A DNA stretch of 64,000 nt from Octopus vulgaris (lineage: Eukaryota): positions 57,164,001-57,228,000 of the forward strand of contig OX597819.1 in assembly GCA_951406725.2 (NCBI GenBank), written 5' to 3'. The translations under genes were made by a program, and so were the position numbers. How positions within the stretch are numbered: position 1 is the first letter of the stretch; every line of letters begins with the position of its first letter. The notes under the pieces were generated by a model. The model made no database searches. It was not told the DNA's origin and saw only the letters and a list, made by a program, of their open reading frames with translations. Shown here in pieces: positions 14,301 to 27,474 of the stretch.

Positions 14301-15560
14301 TTCGTGACATTTATGCCAAATTTTGTGAGATGTATTATGTTTTCGTTCTTCAATTTATAATTTGCTAATACCGGCCATATATGTTTCCATTGTTGTAAAA
14401 ATGCAACAGCTTCAAATATCCAAGAACCATAAGCCTTGAAGCAAATTCACTTGATTTCTGGAATATTTAAAGATCTCACATTGGTATCCAATTTAGCTTT
14501 CTTAACATGACTTTACATTTGTGCCTATTTTAAGCAATATTTCTTATTTAGACATTTTCCTATTTAGACATGTGTCTAAAAGATATATCTATGATTAGTT
14601 TTACTCTGCCAGCCAGAAAATGCGTTATACTAATATCTTTAAGAATATGATCTGAAACATCTAATACTAATGCATCATCTCAAATTGTCGTTATCATTCC
14701 AGGATATTTGCTGCATTTACTTTTGTTAACTTTAGAAGTAGCTGCGCCACCAAAGGCAAAATTCAATGGCACTTTCAATGCACAGTATGGTGTGTTGTAT
14801 GTCGAAGAATGATAACAATACAAGAGATGCAACAACCACGTCAAATTTACAATTACTGCACACCAAATCATTTATCAGAAAGACTTGCTCTGTTTTACCA
14901 GGAGTAAGTAGAAAGTTTATTACACTATTTTTTGAATCCAAATTTTGTCGTGAACTATGACGAAAGCTATTTTATAATAAAGTATCTTAAACTCACTTTC
15001 AGCAATAAATTGGGTTCGAAAATTATTGTAGCAGAACTGAAGTAGAGCAAAAATAAGGGGCCAGTTTTCCTCGAAACTCGTCGCTGTGTATTGATAATAG
15101 TCTATATTGATGCTGTCATCTCCATTCATGGCTCAAACACTTATTCTCAACAGCCAAAATGCCAGGTTGATGACGACTTCAGTGAAATGCATGTCAACCA
15201 CAGGACACTGTACTTATGACGCTGTACTCGATGTTTATGATTCCGGGTATAGCCACAGAATATTGGAAAATGACTGTACAATTGGTTTCTGTAGAACTGC
15301 CACAGAATTTCGTAGTTTTGAAGGGGATTGTGATACAACTTCGATCATTCTTTCTTTATACTGGCCATTATATCAAAAGGAAAAATTAAAAACTACTTCG
15401 CCGTCTGTAAGTACAAATGATTTCCACCCTTTCATGACTTTGGTCTTTGGGTTTCAAATAGAAGCATTTCTACTGCCTGGAATGTGCAGTATATATTCCT
15501 CCTTATGAGCGATCGAATCTAATATTATAATTTGTTACTTTCTTGATAACGTTGTTTGCG
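14300..15560 (-). pseudogene. Possible decayed coding sequence of unknown origin
   Basis: High-complexity, microsatellite-free stretch; minus frames give long protein-like runs with scattered stops and shifts. No family recognised. Confidence 0.2.
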
Positions 15561-15834
15561 AATTTAATATGAAGGGGATTCATAATAAATCAGTGCTGGC
15601 AAAAATAAATTGCCTTGAATATGTAAACGATGAAAAATAATGATGTATGTATAATACCCATCGGAGGAACATCTCGAAAGATTTCAGTTATTTCATGGAA
15701 CTGATATGCATACATATGTATGGAAGAACCCTTACAATGATGAATAGCAAAATACAGATGGTATTTGTTTCACAATGAGTTTATGATTATTTGAGGCTTG
15801 CCATGTAGGACCACTGAACTCAACACGTTTTTTT

Positions 15835-15989
15835 TTCATTCTCTCTTTTTTTATTTCCTCTTATTTGTCTTTGTCGAAGAGCGTAGGTTCGAAACAAAGG
15901 ACTTTTCATTTTTTTCCGAGCGTCAAACTTGAAAACTTGTTTGTTGTTCATACACCTGGATTCGTCTTGATTTTCAATAAAATTGAACT

Positions 15990-15990
<1 letters not shown>
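15835..15990 (+). mobile_element. Diverged solo copy of the 21-26 kb PLE terminal repeat with degenerate hammerhead (15868-15900)
   Basis: TTGTCGAAGAGCGTAGGTTCGAAAC..CCGAGCGTCAAACT..CACCTG..TTCGTCTT aligns to the reverse complement of 21195-21330. Confidence 0.7.
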
Positions 15991-16022
<32 letters not shown>

Positions 16023-16515
16023 TATATATAATTGTGTTATGTCGCACGTTTGGGTGACCTCTACTCCACCCAACTCTTGTCTTCTACTTTTCTACTACTA
16101 CTCAACTGCTACTCAACTCTCACCGCTACTCTTCTACTCATGACGTCTTGGCTTCTCCCTCTATATCTACGTATTGTGCTACCCTACTTCATCTTCAGGG
16201 GGCGTCCATACAACAAGCTGGAAAAGGAAGCGTGGCATTCGATCAGAAAAATAATATAAATAATATATAAACATATGCATATATACATACATATATCTAC
16301 ATACCTACATCTATATGTATATATACATGCATATATGGGTACAGGACATAAAGAAAAACGTTGAACACAATGAGCATGAATGTAGATATATGTAATGTAT
16401 AAATGCATATATATATATAGATTATTCATATTATATATATATATATATATACATTATATATATATATATATATATATACATACATATATATATATAAATA
16501 TACATTATTTATAAA

Positions 16516-16559
<44 letters not shown>

Positions 16560-18299
16560 TGGTTGCATAATTGATAACTATCTGTACATCTGCTCTATTT
16601 AGCAACTAAATAGCATCCATTTTATAGAAAAGTTCTAATAAGCATGAAAAGAAATTACCCATTTCTCTCACTAGACGACTTTAAACAATGCCTACTCAAC
16701 AGTCTGCATTGTTATTTCGTTCAACCCATTTTATTGACTCTATCTTCTCTCCTCCTGTTTTAGACGGTTAAAACTTATCTACAGGTAGTTTAAGTACCCT
16801 AATTGTTTCGGAAGCTTCAATTGATCGGTGTTTTTTTTTCTTTTTGACTCGCCATATGTACTATGCATGCGACCCTACTTTTATATACTTTAATATATAT
16901 TTATATATATATATATATATATACACACATTGGTATATATATGGAGGGGTATATGTGTGTAAGTAGTTATGTGTATGTTTGCATTTGTGTTCATGCGTGC
17001 TAGTGTATATTCTATAACCATGTCCATGTGTTAATACCTATTTCATGTCAGTATTCTCTTGATGTATATGACGTTGCATAGTATGCGCATGCAATTACAT
17101 ACAATTCTTTTCTATGCATTTAACTGCTCTTCAAATTTTCTCCATTTAGAAAAGCCCATTTCTGAAGTCTATTGTTAGTTTCATGAAGAAGACAAACCTG
17201 TGGTTTTGCAACAGTTGATGCCTCAAAGTAATGCTGAAAGCTATCTATATGTCAAAGAGAGTGAATTACAATTTTATGCTATCGATAAAACCTATAATGC
17301 CCCCCAAACAATTTAGTAATTAATATTCAGAACAATACTTCTGGTGAGCGAGTAGTAGATTCAGCAATTGAAACGCAAGTATATAAACGTTGTTTCTTGT
17401 TGTTCGTCACTTCTTGCGTTCATTGGTGTCATTGAAACAGATAGTAAATGTCAGCAAAGGAAAGTCCGCCTTTTCAGTCATACAATATTCAAAGGCATAT
17501 TACATAAAAGATGTGTCGTAAAAGATATACTGCTGATATTATCAATGATGACCCATTATCAATATGGTGGTGTATGTTATGGACTCAATTATCTAAAAGC
17601 TTTTAAATTTATTGCTCTTCAGAAGTGTGCGATATTGTTGACATGATGAAGTAGCTAGAATTACAAGTATTATATGTGTTGGCTTAATATCTGTCGAAGA
17701 TTGAGTTGTGTATATGATGTGACAAACAATCACAATATATCCATCTAATCCATTTGTTTGTAACCCTTTCCTTACTAAACGATGTGTGAGACTTTGTTAA
17801 AGGCATGCATTTTATATTGAATTGCAATATAAAATATCAACACATTCTCAGTACAATAATGTTACAGTCGGCGCTTTTGGTTATAAAAAGTCCAGAAATG
17901 TAAAAAGAAACGTAAACGATGTGGCATTAATAATTGTTGTAGATACTAAAACTGTTGAATTTGCTGCTATGTGTTCTTTAGCTATATACTTCTTAGATAT
18001 TCTAGGTATATCACCTCGTAAACAGTTGTTATATATCTTATTATTCAATTGTTTGCAATGTCGAAACACCATATTCGCGGCTCGATTTACTCTGAAATTT
18101 TGAACGTTCTAATAATATTGCATTTAATTTCTGAACCTGAAGCATCGTGTTTCATGAATATTTTCCAATGCTGTTTTGATAGTACACGCTCGCGCGCGCA
18201 CACACACGCACACAAACACACGCATACCACCATACGCGCACACACCACACCACTTCACACTACACACGCACACACACGCACATGCAAACCGACGGATAA

Positions 18300-18642
<343 letters not shown>

Positions 18643-19459
18643 TGGAAATCCTTCTTAGTTATTTTCTACATTTTTGTTTGATTTCATAGACTTAGTTGAG
18701 TTAATCTCCATTTACAATCGATAATTATGCACAAAAGCTATTTTAAAATTACATCTGTTTTCACTGCTAGCTCAAAATCTGTGCTGAGGCAAAATGCACC
18801 ATCATTAGCTGTATAAACAATTCTAAAGGCTGTTTTCAAATACTTAATAAATTCATTGTAGCATACATAGCATTTATATACAATATGCAAGAAAGCGCTG
18901 CTCCAGCATGGCCGCAATCAGCTGACTGTAACAAGTAAAGAACAAAAGTATATTTGTGCAAAGGGATTACTCGTTTAAACCTGAATTCTTTAAAGATGCT
19001 GTATCATATGATACATGCAAATATGAAACATACCAACAAAATGAAAGGAGTTCGAAATACATTTGTCCGTAGTCCTTCATTCCATATCGGGAGAAAGATT
19101 ATCGACCAGTAATATGTTAGCTACATAATGAATATATGTGATGGAATTTCCAAGGATCAACATGAATATATTTATCACTGTTGTGATTTGAAACGATTGG
19201 GTAAATAGTATTAGTTAATCTAAATAGTTTAATCAAATCTAGATATAACTTCAAATGAAGTTTCGCCCCTTAAAAGTCAACAAGGCGCCCATGGCAATTA
19301 AGATGCTCCCGTGTGGTCTTAGGGTTCTCAATAAAACTTACACTACTATCAACATCATCATAGTCAAGGACAAGAAGAACAATAACAGCTTTAAATCTTA
19401 CCCTTATTGTAATTATCAACATTAAATCAACATTAATATTGCTATCGTCAACGCTAAAA

Positions 19460-19615
<156 letters not shown>

Positions 19616-19936
19616 AACAATAATTATAATGATAATAATAATGATAATCTCAATTATCATCATCATCATAATCATCGCCATCCTCCTCATCATTACCACT
19701 CACAGTCATTATTGTTATAAGACTGAAGAATTTTCGGAATTATCTTTGCTATCGTTATCATCTTTACTGTTTTCATTAATATCATCATCACCATTATTTT
19801 TATCAGCAAGATCCTTTCATCCGTCTCATCATGAACATCATCACTAGTAGTTACATATTAGATTAAACTGTAGATGTCGCCTCGAGAATACTTCATTGTA
19901 GCGTTCTGTTTCATCATTATATACATAGCGATACAT

Positions 19937-19970
<34 letters not shown>

Positions 19971-20212
19971 GTGCGCGTATGTATACATATGTATCTATAT
20001 ATGTATACCTTTCTATATACGTATGGAATGTAGATACACACATGTATGTATATATATATATTTATATACATACACATACATACATATATATTTACATACA
20101 TACGTATTTGTGTGTACGTATGTGTTTCTTATGTGTATATATATATATGTGTTTGTATATATTTATATATAATATACATAAATATACGTATATATACATA
20201 AATATACGAATA

Positions 20213-20297
<85 letters not shown>

Positions 20298-20302
20298 CAT
20301 AA

Positions 20303-20377
<75 letters not shown>

Positions 20378-21042
20378 CATTTACATACATTGACATATAT
20401 ACATATATATATAAGAATTGTAAAAAACAAAATATCTATATTCATGTGATGGCACACTGCGAAATATTGGCAAGATGATCAAATCAAAACAATTCACTTA
20501 TCCATTGTTGAGATAGACTGATTGATTCTCTTATCTCAGAAATACTGTCAATTAACCGACAGCTATAATCTTCGTGACAGAAGTTAACTTGGATGACAAT
20601 GGCGTCAACATTCCTGCTTTTATGGCTGGAAACCATAGTATTACATAGAAGGAAAGATGGCAATTAACCCTGTTTGTTCCATACTAAACTACATCCTCAC
20701 GAACCCATCTAGGCACACACAGAGATGCACACGAACGCACAAACGTACACACACGTGTTCGCGCACATGAGAACGTACATGTTCTGAGATTTAGACACGC
20801 ATGGATTAATATACTATTTAGGAACTATATATTAAGCATAGTTGTCTGTACCTGTATAGATATAGTATATGCTATGCAAAAATGTATAATTTAAAAAAAA
20901 GGAAGCACGTACCAAGAGGTACGTGTATGTGTGTCTGTGTGTGTCAACAGACCGGTATACAAATAGAGACATTATATACATGTAGCCATATATGTGCCAA
21001 TACCTATATATGTATGTCTATAAGTATGTATATATATATATA

Positions 21043-21146
21043 GTTGTTTCCCTCATAAAAACATACATCACCCGGTCTGAGATTCGAATCCACGATCCCT
21101 CGACCGCAAATCCGATGTTCCAACCACTAAGGCCATGTGCCTCCAC
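21043..21146 (-). mobile_element. tRNA-derived head of SINE family C
   Basis: Minus strand GGAGGCACATGGCCTTAGTGGTT..GGATTCGAATCTCAGACCGG; aligns to 39718-39810. Confidence 0.75.
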
Positions 21147-21187
21147 GTGCACAATATATGCATGCTTATATATATATATGTATATAC

Positions 21188-21692
21188 ATATATAACGGGA
21201 GGCTTTATGAAAATAAACAAAAGACGAAGGCAGGTGGAAAACAAACGAACAATTGTATTAGTATGGCGCTCAGGAAATATAAATAAAACAAGTCTTTAAC
21301 GTTTCGAGCCTACGCTCTTCAACAGAAAGATACACAGAGAGAGAAAAACACAGAAAGAAGGAGAGAAAAAAAATGCGTGCAGTAGCTAACGAATCAACAT
21401 GGCGATCTGATTTCGGCCAGAGGTCAAAGATCAAACATGAGACGCGAGAGCGAAATAAGGGGAGATAATAGGGTTGATAAAAGGGTTGAGGGACCAGCTA
21501 AAAGTGCGTGGAGGGGTCTGGATGTGTGTATGTATAGGGTTGGTGTATGTATTAGTATGTATAAGGGTGTGTGTGTGTGTGTGTGTGTGTATGAGAGAGT
21601 ATTAGTGCGTAAGATTGGTCTGGACGTGCGTATGTATGGGGTTGGTGTATGTATTAGTATGTATTAGTATGTATTAGTACGTATTGGTATGT
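21188..21692 (-). repeat. 3' pseudo-LTR of the PLE
   Basis: Nearly identical to 25697-26195; contains a hammerhead motif and (GTATTAGTAT)/(GT)n sub-repeats. Confidence 0.95.
21293..21330 (-). ncRNA. Minimal type I hammerhead-like motif, variant core CUGUUGA
   Basis: TCTTT-CTGTTGA-A-GAGC(GTAG)GCTC-GAA-ACGT-T-AAAGA. Confidence 0.72.
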
Positions 21693-21832
21693 ATAGGTGT
21701 CTGTGTGTGTGTGTGAGAGAGTATATAAGTGCGTATGCGGGTCTGGACGTGTGTATGTATAGGGTTGGTGTAAGTATTAGTATGTACTAGTATGTATTAG
21801 TACGTATTAGTATGTATTAGTTGGTGTGTGTA

Positions 21833-24800
21833 TTAGTATGGCACATCATATGTGATGTGATGTGTAAAGTCATGTGGTGTAGTGAGGAGAAGAGGGGGAG
21901 GGGGAGAAGAGGGGGGGAGAAGGGGAGGGGGAGAAGAGGGGGAGGAGAAGGGGAGAGGAGAGGATGGGGGAGAAGGAAGGGGATGAGGGGGATGAAGGAG
22001 GAAAGAGGGAGAGGGGGAGAGAGAAGGGGAGAGAGGGAGTGAGGGAGCAGAGGGAAGGGGAAGAGGGAGGGAGAAAGAGGGAAGAAGGGAAGGGGAGTAG
22101 GGGTGAAAGGATGAAGGACTGAAGAAGTAGGGGTCGGGGGAGAAAGGATAGGTGAGGAGGGGGGAGAGGGGGTTAGATGAGGAGGGGGGAGAGTTGAGAC
22201 CAAATGGCGTATAAGAGCGAAGAGAGAAGATTAATTCCTGTTCACGGCGCAAACGGGAATCCGGATGGCCTCTGTGTAAGGACAAACCGAACACAGATAG
22301 GTGTTGCAAGGAGTGACCGGTGGAGCGGAAATGGCGTGAGACCGGTGTGTCGTTCGCAAGGTGGATGTCACGAAGGTGTTCCGCGAACCGGTCAGCCAAG
22401 CGGCGTCCCGTTTGTCCGATGTACAAGGAATTGCAGAGGGAGCAAGAGATGCAATAGATAATATTGCTGGAGGTGCAGGTGAAGGAGTGGATGATGGGAT
22501 AGGGTCGATGGTGGGTGCTAGTGAGGCGGGTGGTGTTGGAGAGGTAAGGGCAAGTGCGGCAACGTGGGCGGGAGCAGGGGAACGAGCCGGGTTGGGAGGT
22601 AGGGTCAGGGAAGGAGCTATGGACCAAAAGGTCTCGAAGGTTGTGGGCTCGTTTGAAAGAGGGGAGGGGTCGGTTAGGGAAGAGGTGTGAAGTGGACGGG
22701 TCGGACTGGAGATGACGGAAAGCTCGAAGAATGGTGCGTTGGAGACGTAGGGTCGTGGGGTGGTAAGTGAGGGGAAAAGGGAGGCGGGAGACTACAGGGC
22801 GGGTTCGGGGAGAGAGAGCAGATACACGGTCCACGGACCGTGCTCTGGCAAGGGCGGTGTGGATAGTGGTGAGGGGGTATCCACGTAGGGTGAAGTGGTG
22901 AACCATACGTTGAGACTGAGTCTCAAAGTCATGGTCGTCACTACAGAGCCTACGTAGACGGAGGAATTGGGAATAGGGGATGGAAAGCTTGGTGTGTTCT
23001 GGGTGGGAGGAAGAGAAGTTGAGGTAGGAGTGTGAGTCTGTGTGTTTGTAGTGAATGGAGGTGGTAAGAGTGGAGTGAAGAATGCTAACCGAAATGTCGA
23101 GGAAGGAGACAGAGGTGTTGGAGATAGTGGAAGTGAAGTGGAGGGCTGGATGGAAAGATTGAACGAAAGAGAGGAAGGAATCTAGATGTTCGCGGGAGAG
23201 TGAGGTGGCACCGATAATGTCGTCAATATAACGACCATATAGTTCAGGAGTGGGACCAGTGAAATTAGAGAATATTTTGGCCTCAACATAGCCAACGAAC
23301 AGGTTCGCATAGTTGGGGCCCATTCGCGTTCCCATGGCCACTCCCGAGACCTGATGGTAGAACTCGCCCGCGAACGAGAAGCAGTTCAGAGTAAGGACAA
23401 GTTCGGCCAGACGAATGAGTGTGGAGGTGTCAGGTACAGGGTTAGAGCGGAGGTCAAGAAAGTGTCGAAGGGCCTGCAGTCCTTCATGGTGAGGGATAAC
23501 AGTATAGAGGCTTTGGATGTCCATAGTAAAAAGGATTTTGGAGGAGCCGGGAGGAAAGGAGAAAGAGTTGAAAAGCCGGAGAGCATGGTTGGTATCGTGG
23601 ATGTGGGAGGGAAGAGATGCCACTAGGGGGGCAAGGACACGGTCGAGGTATTTAGAGATGAGCTCCGTGGGGCAGTTACAGGCGGAGACGATGGGGCGGC
23701 CAGGGTTGTTGGGTTTGTGGATTTTGGGGAGGAAGTAAATGGTGGGGGTACGTGGGGTTCGCACAATTAGGTTGGATGCGGTGCGGGGGAGACGGGAGGA
23801 CGAGATGAGGTCTTGGACAGTAGAGGATACCGTCTGTTGGTAGCTACGTGTGGGGTTAGAGGGCAGAGGGGAATAGAAGGAGGTGTCATTGAGTTGGCGG
23901 AAAGCCTCGGCCCTATAGAGGTCCGCGCGCCACACCACTACAGCTCCACCCTTGTCAGCCGGTTTGATGATAATGTCAGCGCGCCGTTGGAGGGAACGAA
24001 GAGCCAAGAGCTCAGCCGGGGAGATGTTGAGGCGGCGTTGGCGCCTGGAGAAGTTGAACCGCTCCAATGCACGCTGACAAGCGCCCGCGAAAAGATCCAC
24101 TGCTAGGATCTGGCCAGGGGCAGGCGTCCACGGGGATGGTCGGCGGCCCAGGCCAGTGAAGCAGTCGTCCTCTTCGTTGGGTGTGGGTGGCGAGTCGTGG
24201 TAATGCGCACCCAACCGGACACGGCGCACAAAGCTGTGGACATCAACTCGCGTCTGGAATTCCTTACAGGATGGAGTGAGGGGGATGAAACGCAGACCCC
24301 TACCAAGGACGGAGCGTTCAGCCGCGGAGAGGGGAAGATCGGGGGGTATGGTAACAACAGACGGAAGTGGAGAAGGGGTGGATGGAATAGAAGTAGGAGG
24401 GGTGGTAGGTCTCGTGGAGGTCTGAGGGGGAGGGATTGGAGAGGTGTGTGGGGGGTGGTTGGGCGGGGCAGTAGGGTTAGGTGTACGTGGATGGAGCCTA
24501 ACGGGAGGGGAGAAGGGGTTGTAGGGAGGGGCAGTGGGGTTAGGTGTGGGTGGATGGAGCCTATCGGGAGGGGAGAAGGGTGGTGGAGGAGTTGGGGTAG
24601 TGGCGTCGGGTAGGGTGGAATGGAAGAGTGATTGGAGTTTACGAAGTTTGGTATCAGAAAGAAATTGATGGAAGAGTTGATTCAAATGGATAATGAAGCG
24701 TAGCGTGTTTGGAGCATAGAGAGGCGGCAGAGAAGAGAAGAAGGTGGAGAAAGCAGGAGGAAGAAGGCGGTTGATGGCATGTAGTTTGGAGAGATTGGAG

Positions 24801-25080
24801 CGAATGGTGGCCCGCATAAGGCGGTAAGATGTGGTGCGGAGTATGGGTAAGATGGAAGAATCCGAGTGGAGAGCAGGGTGGAAGTGGAGGCGGAAACCTT
24901 TAGGGATGAGTCGGTGATGTAGGCAGCGGCTTAGGAAAGAGACATGGCTAGAGAAGCGGGTTTTTTAAAAAGAAGTAGAGAGAGATTAACGGACGGCTGA
25001 AGGCAATATACAGGAAGCGAACGTAGATGATCCTTCAAACGGTGATGGAGGGTGAGGAGGTAGGACCTAGGATCAAGCAT
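21833..25080 (-). CDS. PLE polyprotein: reverse transcriptase, Cys-rich linker, GIY-YIG endonuclease; one frameshift near 24961-24966
   Basis: IIKPADKGGAVVV, YFLPKIHK..PGRPIVS, FTMDIQSLYTVIPH, GVAMGTRMGPNYANLF, RYIDD, FLD, CSRPRCRTC, NIIYCISCSLC..LYIGQTGRRLADRFAEH, REQELI..GLN. Upstream of ATG 24817 the frame continues as RFSSHVSFLSRCLHHRLIPKGF and joins MLDPRSY.. (ATG 25080) if one base is added in the T6 run. Confidence 0.95.
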
Positions 25081-25696
25081 GATGGGATAGCGGGAAAAAA
25101 ACGTTCGAAAAAACAAAAAAAACAAAAAACAAAAATTATCGTATGAAAAAAATAGAAAAAAAGGATAGCGAAAAAAGGGGAAAAAACAAACGTTCAAAAA
25201 AACAAAAAAATAATAATCGTATGAAAAAACTAGATAAGTAAGCGATAGGGGCAGAAAAGACGGGGCAAACGGAAAAGGGAAAGAAAGAAGGGAAGCAGAG
25301 AGAGGGGGAGGCAAAAAAAGGGGGGTGCAGGCAGAGGAAACGGAGTATGGACATCCAGAGAGGGAAGAAAGACGGAAAGGAGAACAAAAATTCAGGAAAA
25401 TGTGGGAAGCATGAAATGAATGTAAAAAAAGTGGTAATATAAGAGGAAATAAAAATACAACAAACGGGACAGTTTATGCGAACAAGTTCAAGGTTGAAAG
25501 TTCAAGGTGAGAAATGTGTAGACGTCGTGGTATATTTTTTAAGGATTTCACATCAATGCAAAGTCACTTTGATCCGCGAAAGAGAGGTGCAGCCAATGGT
25601 AAGTATCCAAGAGGTAAAGAAAATCCAAGGTAGAGGTAAGTGTTGATAGTGGTATTGGTAGAATATAGGATGAAAGTGAGACCACGTGAGCGCATA

Positions 25697-26195
25697 ATAT
25701 ATAACGGGAGGCTTTATGAAAATAAACAAAAGACGAAGGCATGTGGAAAACAAACGAACAATTGTATTAGTATGGCGCTCAGGAAATATAAATAAAACAA
25801 GTCTTTAACGTTTCGAGCCTACGCTCTTCAACAGAAAGATACACAGAGAGAGAAAAACACAGAAAGAAGGAGAGAAAAAAAATGCGTGCAGTAGCTAACG
25901 AATCAACATGGCGATCTGATTTCGGCCAGAGGTCAAAGATCAAACATGAGACGCGAGAGCGAAATAAGGGGAGATAATAGGGTTGATAAAAGGGTTGAGG
26001 GACCAGCTAAAAGTGCGTGGAGGGGTCTGGATGTGTGTATGTATAGGGTTGGTGTATGTATTAGTATGTATAAGGGTGTGTGTGTGTGTGTGTTTATGAG
26101 AGAGTATTAGTGCGTAAGATTGGTCTGGACGTGCGTATGTATGGGGTTGGTGTATGTATTAGTATGTATTAGTATGTATTAGTACTATTGGTATG
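25697..26195 (-). repeat. 5' pseudo-LTR of the PLE
   Basis: Nearly identical to 21188-21692. Confidence 0.95.
25802..25839 (-). ncRNA. Minimal type I hammerhead-like motif (5' pLTR copy)
   Basis: Identical to 21293-21330. Confidence 0.72.
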
Positions 26196-26916
26196 TGTGT
26201 GTGTGTGTGTGTGTGTGCGTGTGTCATTAATTCTATTATTATCCAATGTAACTATTTTAAAAATGATAATAACAGAATCAATGACACAGGCGATAGCAGG
26301 CCAAAAATAGCATTAAATAGCCGAGGGATTAAAATTAATCAAAGGACATACTAAGTATGTCTACCTGCTTGAAATAACAGTCAAATCTCTTATTAAATCG
26401 CCTAAAATACACTGTTGAAAACTACAGAAATCAAACGAAGGAAAAATCAGGTTTAGACAATCTACTAACATACACTTAATTATCTGGATTCACGTGGACC
26501 GGATTCTGCACTGGCAAAATAAGCCTTAGCTTCTTCAGCACGCGTTACCATGATTAGAGATTTCCAACCCATCGTTTTGAAGTCTGTGCTGCAACTGATT
26601 CGTTTCGCACCGAAATCACAGTAGCTACCAGTGAAAAATAATCTCGGTACAATTTACGAGAAAAATGTTACACCAGAAAAGTACAGAGAGAGAGAGAGGG
26701 GGAGAGGGAGAGATAGAGAAAGAGAGAGAATCGAATTCACTGGAGTTGCTGCTTTTTAAAAAATAATATTGCGGCTGTTTAGCCTAAGGTCATCCATGGC
26801 TTATTTTCAGGATTGACTTATCCACTCTGCCATTTCTTCAGAAGGTAGATTGTGAAAATATGGCTGTAATATCTATAATTTTCAGCGATAACGATACCAA
26901 TACTAAGAATTGGGCT

Positions 26917-27056
26917 TCAGTTAAAATTCCAGGGGGGATCGACTTTGCCTTTTATCCTTTCGGGTCGATAACTTAAGTACCTGCTGCGTACTGGAGTAGA
27001 TCTAATTGACTAGCCTCCTCCCCAAAAATATTGGGCCTTGTGCCTAGAGTAGAAAC
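26917..27056 (+). mobile_element. SINE family B, 3' part with tail type 2
   Basis: TCGACTTTGCCTTTTATCCTTTCGGGTCGATAA..AAGTACC core, then CCTCCCCAAAA..GGGCCTTGTGCCTAGAGTAGAAA. Confidence 0.8.
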
Positions 27057-27251
27057 GAGTACTAAGAATTGGTTCGAGGGTACCTCGATTTATAAAAAAA
27101 GTCGTTTAATGTATGCTTTTGAAAGGAAACGTTTATAGTGTTAAACTATGTTAAGAAATAACTATACATGGACGTTTCGTTATCCCCACCCACGAGTCCA
27201 TTATTTGTACATCAAAGAATCTCACACACAAACTTGTACATCTAAAATAAA

Positions 27252-27474
27252 GTTACAAAAGAATGCTTCAGTTCCGAACTAGCTTAATTTTATTCACAAA
27301 CCACCGCTATTTTTTTTTCTTTTTGCAAATCACTATTTTGAATATCACTGGAAAAGTGTAGTGTCACAACTGAAGCAGCGCATTCACCACACAGAATTAA
27401 CTGAAAATGTACAAAACAGGGATGACAGTTCCTCAATAGTTAAAGGTTCGCTACTTATAGCACCAAAATGTATA
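27252..27474 (+). repeat. 223-bp local duplication, copy 1 (copy 2 at 28294-28516)
   Basis: GTTACAAAAGAAT..AGCACCAAAATGTATA with only a few differences. Confidence 0.95.

Larger units (their letters stand above)
21188..26195 (-). mobile_element. Near-intact Penelope-like retroelement (Neptune-type architecture) with ~500-bp direct terminal repeats
   Basis: RT + GIY-YIG ORF flanked by near-identical direct repeats 21188-21692 and 25697-26195; 3' end in (TA)n, 5' end in (TG)n. Confidence 0.96.

Noticed and set aside
16033-16255. Possible solo LTR starting TGTTATG
   Set aside because: No matching CA end with TSD, no second copy, no PBS or PPT.
21043-21146. tRNA gene (also at 39718, 47168 and the SINE A/B heads)
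   Set aside because: A/B boxes are present but I could not fold a complete cloverleaf, and each runs into a SINE body.
22204-24613. Plus-strand ORFs overlapping the PLE
   Set aside because: Antisense shadows of a GC-rich coding sequence with no recognisable motifs.
26480-26572. Short minus-strand ORF MGWKSLIMVTRAEEAKAYFASAESGPRESR
   Set aside because: 30 codons, no recognisable family and no convincing splice sites.
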